DNA of 64,000 nucleotides. It comes from Flagellimonas algarum. GTDB taxonomy: Bacteria > Bacteroidota > Bacteroidia > Flavobacteriales > Flavobacteriaceae. A model generated the notes under the pieces. The model made no database searches. It worked only from the letters and a program-made list of their open reading frames with translations, and was not told the DNA's origin. Numbering within the stretch: the stretch's first letter is position 1; the number at the start of each line of letters is the position of its first letter. Position numbers and translations under genes: made by a program. The DNA is taken from NCBI RefSeq assembly GCF_040513375.1, contig NZ_JBEVTG010000001.1, positions 952,244 to 1,016,243 of the forward strand, given 5' to 3'. Below are positions 60,426-64,000 of this stretch, piece by piece.

Positions 60426-62810
60426 TCATTCGGAATGCAGGCTATCTACCGGATTCGATGTAGCGGCCTGAAAACTTTGGAACGCGATCGACAAAAAGGC
60501 CACGGCCATGGCCAAGAAAGCAACGCTACCTAGGGTCACTATGTTTAGGTCGGTTCGGTACACGTAGCTTTGCAACCATTGTTCGATGAAATAGTACGCG
60601 ATCGGTGCCGCGATGAAAAAGGCGATCAAAATTTGACGGAATACACCGGTGGCAAGGAGTTTTAAGATTCCGGAGACCGAACTTCCCATTACTTTTCGAA
60701 TGCTGATTTCCTTGGCCCGCTGCGCGATTTGGAACGAGACCATACCGAATAGACCCATAGCGGCAATGAACAGGGCCAATGCGGTAAAGATATTGAATGC
60801 CTTACCCAGTCGCTGTTCTTCTTCATAGAACCGCATATAGCTTTCTTCGACCATACGTACTTCATAAGGTACGATCGGAACGATTCCCTTCATGGTTTCG
60901 ACAATGTATTCTGAAGTATTCGCGTAATCTTCCATGTCGATATTCAAAATCACATGACCGAAGTTTCTGGTGAAATCGGGAGTTCTCAATGCCATGAAAA
61001 GCGGTTCGATGGCTTGATCGAAGGTTTTGAGGTGAAAATCCTTGAGAACCCCGATGACCTTCCCATTGGCAAATGATTTTCCTACGGGTTCCTTCCAGCC
61101 TAATTTCTTGACCGCGGCCTCATTCAACAAATAGGCGGTGGAGTCTGATGGGACTTCCTTTGAAAAACTGCGCCCTTGAACGATTTCCATACCGAAAATC
61201 CCCAAGAAGTCATGGTCGACATACGACCTAAAGACATAAAGAGGGGCGTTGTCAACATTCCCTTCCCATTCCGTAATAGGGCCTTGACTATTTACGTCAA
61301 AGGGGAGTTGAGACGTCAGTGAAACGTTTTTGATCGATGGATGTTCCAACAATTTCTGTTTTAGCACCTCTTGTTTTTCAGTGATTTCCGATTCAAAGTA
61401 GCGCACATGAACCAGTTGTTCGTTGGAATACCCCAGGTCTTTGTTCTGAATGTAATGCAATTGTTGGTAGACCACCACACTTGCTATGGCCAAGGCGATC
61501 GCCACTGTGAATTGACCGACAACAAGCACGTTTTTTAAACCAATCCCTTTTTTACGTCCTTTAAGAAAGTTGCCCTTCAAGGCTTTCACAGGGCCGATTC
61601 CTGACAAGAACAAAGCAGGGTAGATACCCGCAAGCAACCCGGTCAAAACCGTAGCAAGCAAAAGCGGTACCAGGGTCGGCAGCTGGGTGACAAGACCAAA
61701 ATCGATATCGCGGTTCAAGATCGCATTGAAATAGGGCAGTAAAAAATAAGCCAGTACCAAGGCACAGGCCAAGCCGGCAAAGACCATGAAGAACGATTCA
61801 CCGAGGTATTGAACGATTAGACTGGAACGTTTTGCCCCTAAGACTTTGCTCACCCCGACCTCCTTGGCCCTTTTTGCCGATTTGGAGGTGGCTAAGTTGG
61901 TATAATTGACTGCCGCAAGAACCAGAATGAACACTGCAATGAGAGCGAAGAGGTTGATGACCTTCAGATTGCCATTTACTGCTAGCTCCTTATTCATTTT
62001 TGACTTCAAATGGATGTCGACCACGGGTTGTAGTTTGTATTCGGGATAGAATTCAAACCCTTGATTGGCATAGGCAGGTTTGGCAATGGCTTCGTACACC
62101 TTCATTTTTTGTTCCAAGGTCTTATAGGCCTCGGGGGCATTGGTGGTCAAGTAGGTATGGTAGTTGTTACTTACCCAGAACCCAACGTCGTTGGGGTAGT
62201 AGGCCTGACTTTTATACGAAACGATGAATTCGTAAGTAAAATGTTGGTTTTTCGGAGGGTCCGCTACGATGCCTTTAACCGTAAAGGCGCGGCCGTCGCC
62301 AAAGGTCAACACCTCGTCTATGGGCGAGCCGGCCCCAAAGTACTTTTTGGCCAAAGACGCGGTCAATAGGATGTTGCCGGGGTCTTCCAAGGCTTTTTGG
62401 GCGTTCCCTTCTTGAACTTCGGTGGTAAAGACATTGAAAAAGGAACTATCGGTAAACAGTCCGCGATGGACGGAAGAGAACTCGTCTTTGATCAACAAAG
62501 CCATACCGGTGTTCAGGTTGGTGACATGTTCGACTTCGGGAAAATCTTCCAAAAGTGCCTCCCCCAGGGGCAAGGGTGCCAAGGCGAAGAAATCGGTACC
62601 TTGATAGCTGTTGCCTTTTTGCTGCTGAACGATCCGAAAGATGCTATCCGATTTTTCATGGTGGCGGTCGTAGCTTCGCTCGAAGTTCACGTACATCGTC
62701 AACAACACGAAACAGGTCATGGCGATGGTAATGCCGGTAAGATTGATCGCCAGATAGGACTTGTTCTTCAACAGGTTTCTCCAGGCAAGCTTGAGTTGGT
62801 TTTTGAACAT
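60426..62810 (-). CDS. MacB-like ABC transporter permease, paralogue 5
   Basis: 794 aa. MFKNQLKLAWRNLLKNKSYLAINLTGIT... C-terminal QAATSNPVDSLHSE. A 158-bp AT-rich gap lies upstream (60268..60425). Confidence 0.8.
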   Translation of the reverse strand: MFKNQLKLAWRNLLKNKSYLAINLTGITIAMTCFVLLTMYVNFERSYDRHHEKSDSIFRIVQQQKGNSYQGTDFFALAPLPLGEALLEDFPEVEHVTNLNTGMALLIKDEFSSVHRGLFTDSSFFNVFTTEVQEGNAQKALEDPGNILLTASLAKKYFGAGSPIDEVLTFGDGRAFTVKGIVADPPKNQHFTYEFIVSYKSQAYYPNDVGFWVSNNYHTYLTTNAPEAYKTLEQKMKVYEAIAKPAYANQGFEFYPEYKLQPVVDIHLKSKMNKELAVNGNLKVINLFALIAVFILVLAAVNYTNLATSKSAKRAKEVGVSKVLGAKRSSLIVQYLGESFFMVFAGLACALVLAYFLLPYFNAILNRDIDFGLVTQLPTLVPLLLATVLTGLLAGIYPALFLSGIGPVKALKGNFLKGRKKGIGLKNVLVVGQFTVAIALAIASVVVYQQLHYIQNKDLGYSNEQLVHVRYFESEITEKQEVLKQKLLEHPSIKNVSLTSQLPFDVNSQGPITEWEGNVDNAPLYVFRSYVDHDFLGIFGMEIVQGRSFSKEVPSDSTAYLLNEAAVKKLGWKEPVGKSFANGKVIGVLKDFHLKTFDQAIEPLFMALRTPDFTRNFGHVILNIDMEDYANTSEYIVETMKGIVPIVPYEVRMVEESYMRFYEEEQRLGKAFNIFTALALFIAAMGLFGMVSFQIAQRAKEISIRKVMGSSVSGILKLLATGVFRQILIAFFIAAPIAYYFIEQWLQSYVYRTDLNIVTLGSVAFLAMAVAFLSIAFQSFQAATSNPVDSLHSE

Positions 62811-62831
62811 GATAGTCTGTATTTGCGTTGT

Positions 62832-64000
62832 TTATTCGGCCCTTAAACTCTTTACGGGATTGACGATGGCGGCTTTGATGCTTTGATAGCCGACGGTAAC
62901 CACGGCGATCGAAGTGGCTAAAAGGGCGGCCATAAGCAACATCCACCATTGGATTTCGATTCGGTATGAAAAGTCTTCGAGCCATTTGTTCATGGCAAAC
63001 CACCCTATGGGCAGCGCGATGAGAATGGCGATACCGACCATCTTCAGAAAGTCGGTGGTCAGTCGGTAGGAAATCTGGCCAACGCTCGCCCCTAAGACTT
63101 TCCGAATCCCGATTTCCTTGGTCCGTTTTTGTGCGTTGAAGGTGGCCAGGCCGAAAAGACCCAGACAAGCGATCAGGATCGAAAGAACGGTAAATATCGA
63201 AAAGATACTACCGAGCCGTTGTTCCGATTCGAAACTTCGGTTGAAGGAATCGTCCATAAAATAGTAATTGAACGGTTGACCAGGGGCAATGCTATTCCAG
63301 ACCGATTGGATATCGGTAACCGCCGCGGCGATATCTTGGGCTTCGATCTTTATGGCCATGGATGCTGGAAACCGGCCAATACTAAGGAAAAGGGCTTCGA
63401 TATTATGGCGCATCGAACTGTAATGGAAATCCTTGATGACCCCGATGATGGTCTGGTAGCTGATGCTTTCGTCATCGGCCCCCAAATCGGAAGAGATGCG
63501 CAAGCCCAAGGCTTGCTCAGCGCTGACGTTCAAGGTGCGCAGTGCGGCTTCATTGATGATAACAGCGGTCGAATCGGTCGAAATGGACGAATCGAAATCA
63601 CGACCGGCAACCAGTTCCAAACCTAAGGTGGCGATATAATCGTGATCCACACTCCAGTTTTCGACATTGATGGCATCTTCCTGGTCGCGAGACCCTTCTT
63701 TGAAAAATGTCTGCCCGGTGCGTGCCGATGGGGTCGGCAGAAAACTGCTCAAAGTCGCGTTTTTCACCTGTGACAATCGCTTTAGCTCCCGCTTTAAGAC
63801 TAATTCTTGGCCATTGGCATTGTTCACATCATCCAAAACCAAAATTTGGTCTTTGTCGTACCCTAGCTCCTTGCTTTGGATAAAGCCCAATTGTTGGTAG
63901 ACCACCACGGTGGCTACGATCAACAGTATGGAAACCGCGAACTGGAAAACGACCAAAGATTTTCTAATGTTGTTTCCACCGACGTTGGTAAGCCCGCTAC
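62832..64000 (-). CDS. MacB-like ABC transporter permease, paralogue 6 (C-terminal part; N-terminus lies beyond the window end)
   Basis: The frame is open to the window edge. Second FtsX domain and C-terminal KAAIVNPVKSLRAE. Confidence 0.75.
   Translation of the reverse strand, partial: SGLTNVGGNNIRKSLVVFQFAVSILLIVATVVVYQQLGFIQSKELGYDKDQILVLDDVNNANGQELVLKRELKRLSQVKNATLSSFLPTPSARTGQTFFKEGSRDQEDAINVENWSVDHDYIATLGLELVAGRDFDSSISTDSTAVIINEAALRTLNVSAEQALGLRISSDLGADDESISYQTIIGVIKDFHYSSMRHNIEALFLSIGRFPASMAIKIEAQDIAAAVTDIQSVWNSIAPGQPFNYYFMDDSFNRSFESEQRLGSIFSIFTVLSILIACLGLFGLATFNAQKRTKEIGIRKVLGASVGQISYRLTTDFLKMVGIAILIALPIGWFAMNKWLEDFSYRIEIQWWMLLMAALLATSIAVVTVGYQSIKAAIVNPVKSLRAE

Overview
The window looks like a chromosomal segment from a Bacteroidota (Flavobacteriia-like) genome. 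The evidence is Bacteroidetes-type -7 promoter boxes (TAnnTTTG), little sign of Shine-Dalgarno sequences, a secreted S8/M1 peptidase repertoire, a very large alpha-2-macroglobulin, and arrays of MacB/FtsX permeases. The six-frame ORF track marks TTG/GTG starts as M and omits genes cut by the window edges; I added those by reading the sequence myself.

Most of the window is core genes in tight synteny:
- lepA, dusB, rbfA, mce, and a tRNA-Met(CAU)
- ribE, pdxA, and the yceD-rpmF-fabH-accB-accC block
- cation/solute transporters

The most unusual region is 25.3-38.4 kb. An XRE-HTH/LexA-like(S24) regulator (28082..28840) is co-transcribed with a 931-aa SF1 helicase carrying a C-terminal Vsr/DUF559-like nuclease fold (25268..28063). 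It is divergently transcribed from a six-gene membrane-stress operon: YbjN-like, PspA/IM30, YqiJ/NfeD-like, flotillin/YqiK-like, a lysine-less lipoyl-fold mini-protein, and an uncharacterised 1625-aa protein with one C-terminal MoxR/AAA_5-like ATPase domain (33526..38403). A perfect 14-bp palindrome sits in the shared promoter region. I propose this as one regulated envelope-stress or defence-like module of unknown function.

Other features worth follow-up:
- An AT-rich NrtR (Nudix-wHTH)-headed operon encoding SPFH, NAD-kinase-like and ADP-ribosylglycohydrolase proteins.
- A 56-bp duplication of the tRNA 3' end plus terminator, 182 bp downstream, whose hairpin loop is inverted in the second copy.
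- At least six tandem paralogous ~800-aa MacB-type FtsX permeases with a single ABC ATPase.
- A 2194-aa alpha-2-macroglobulin with an inserted CarbopepD_reg/plug-like segment.

I found no CRISPR arrays, transposases or integrases.
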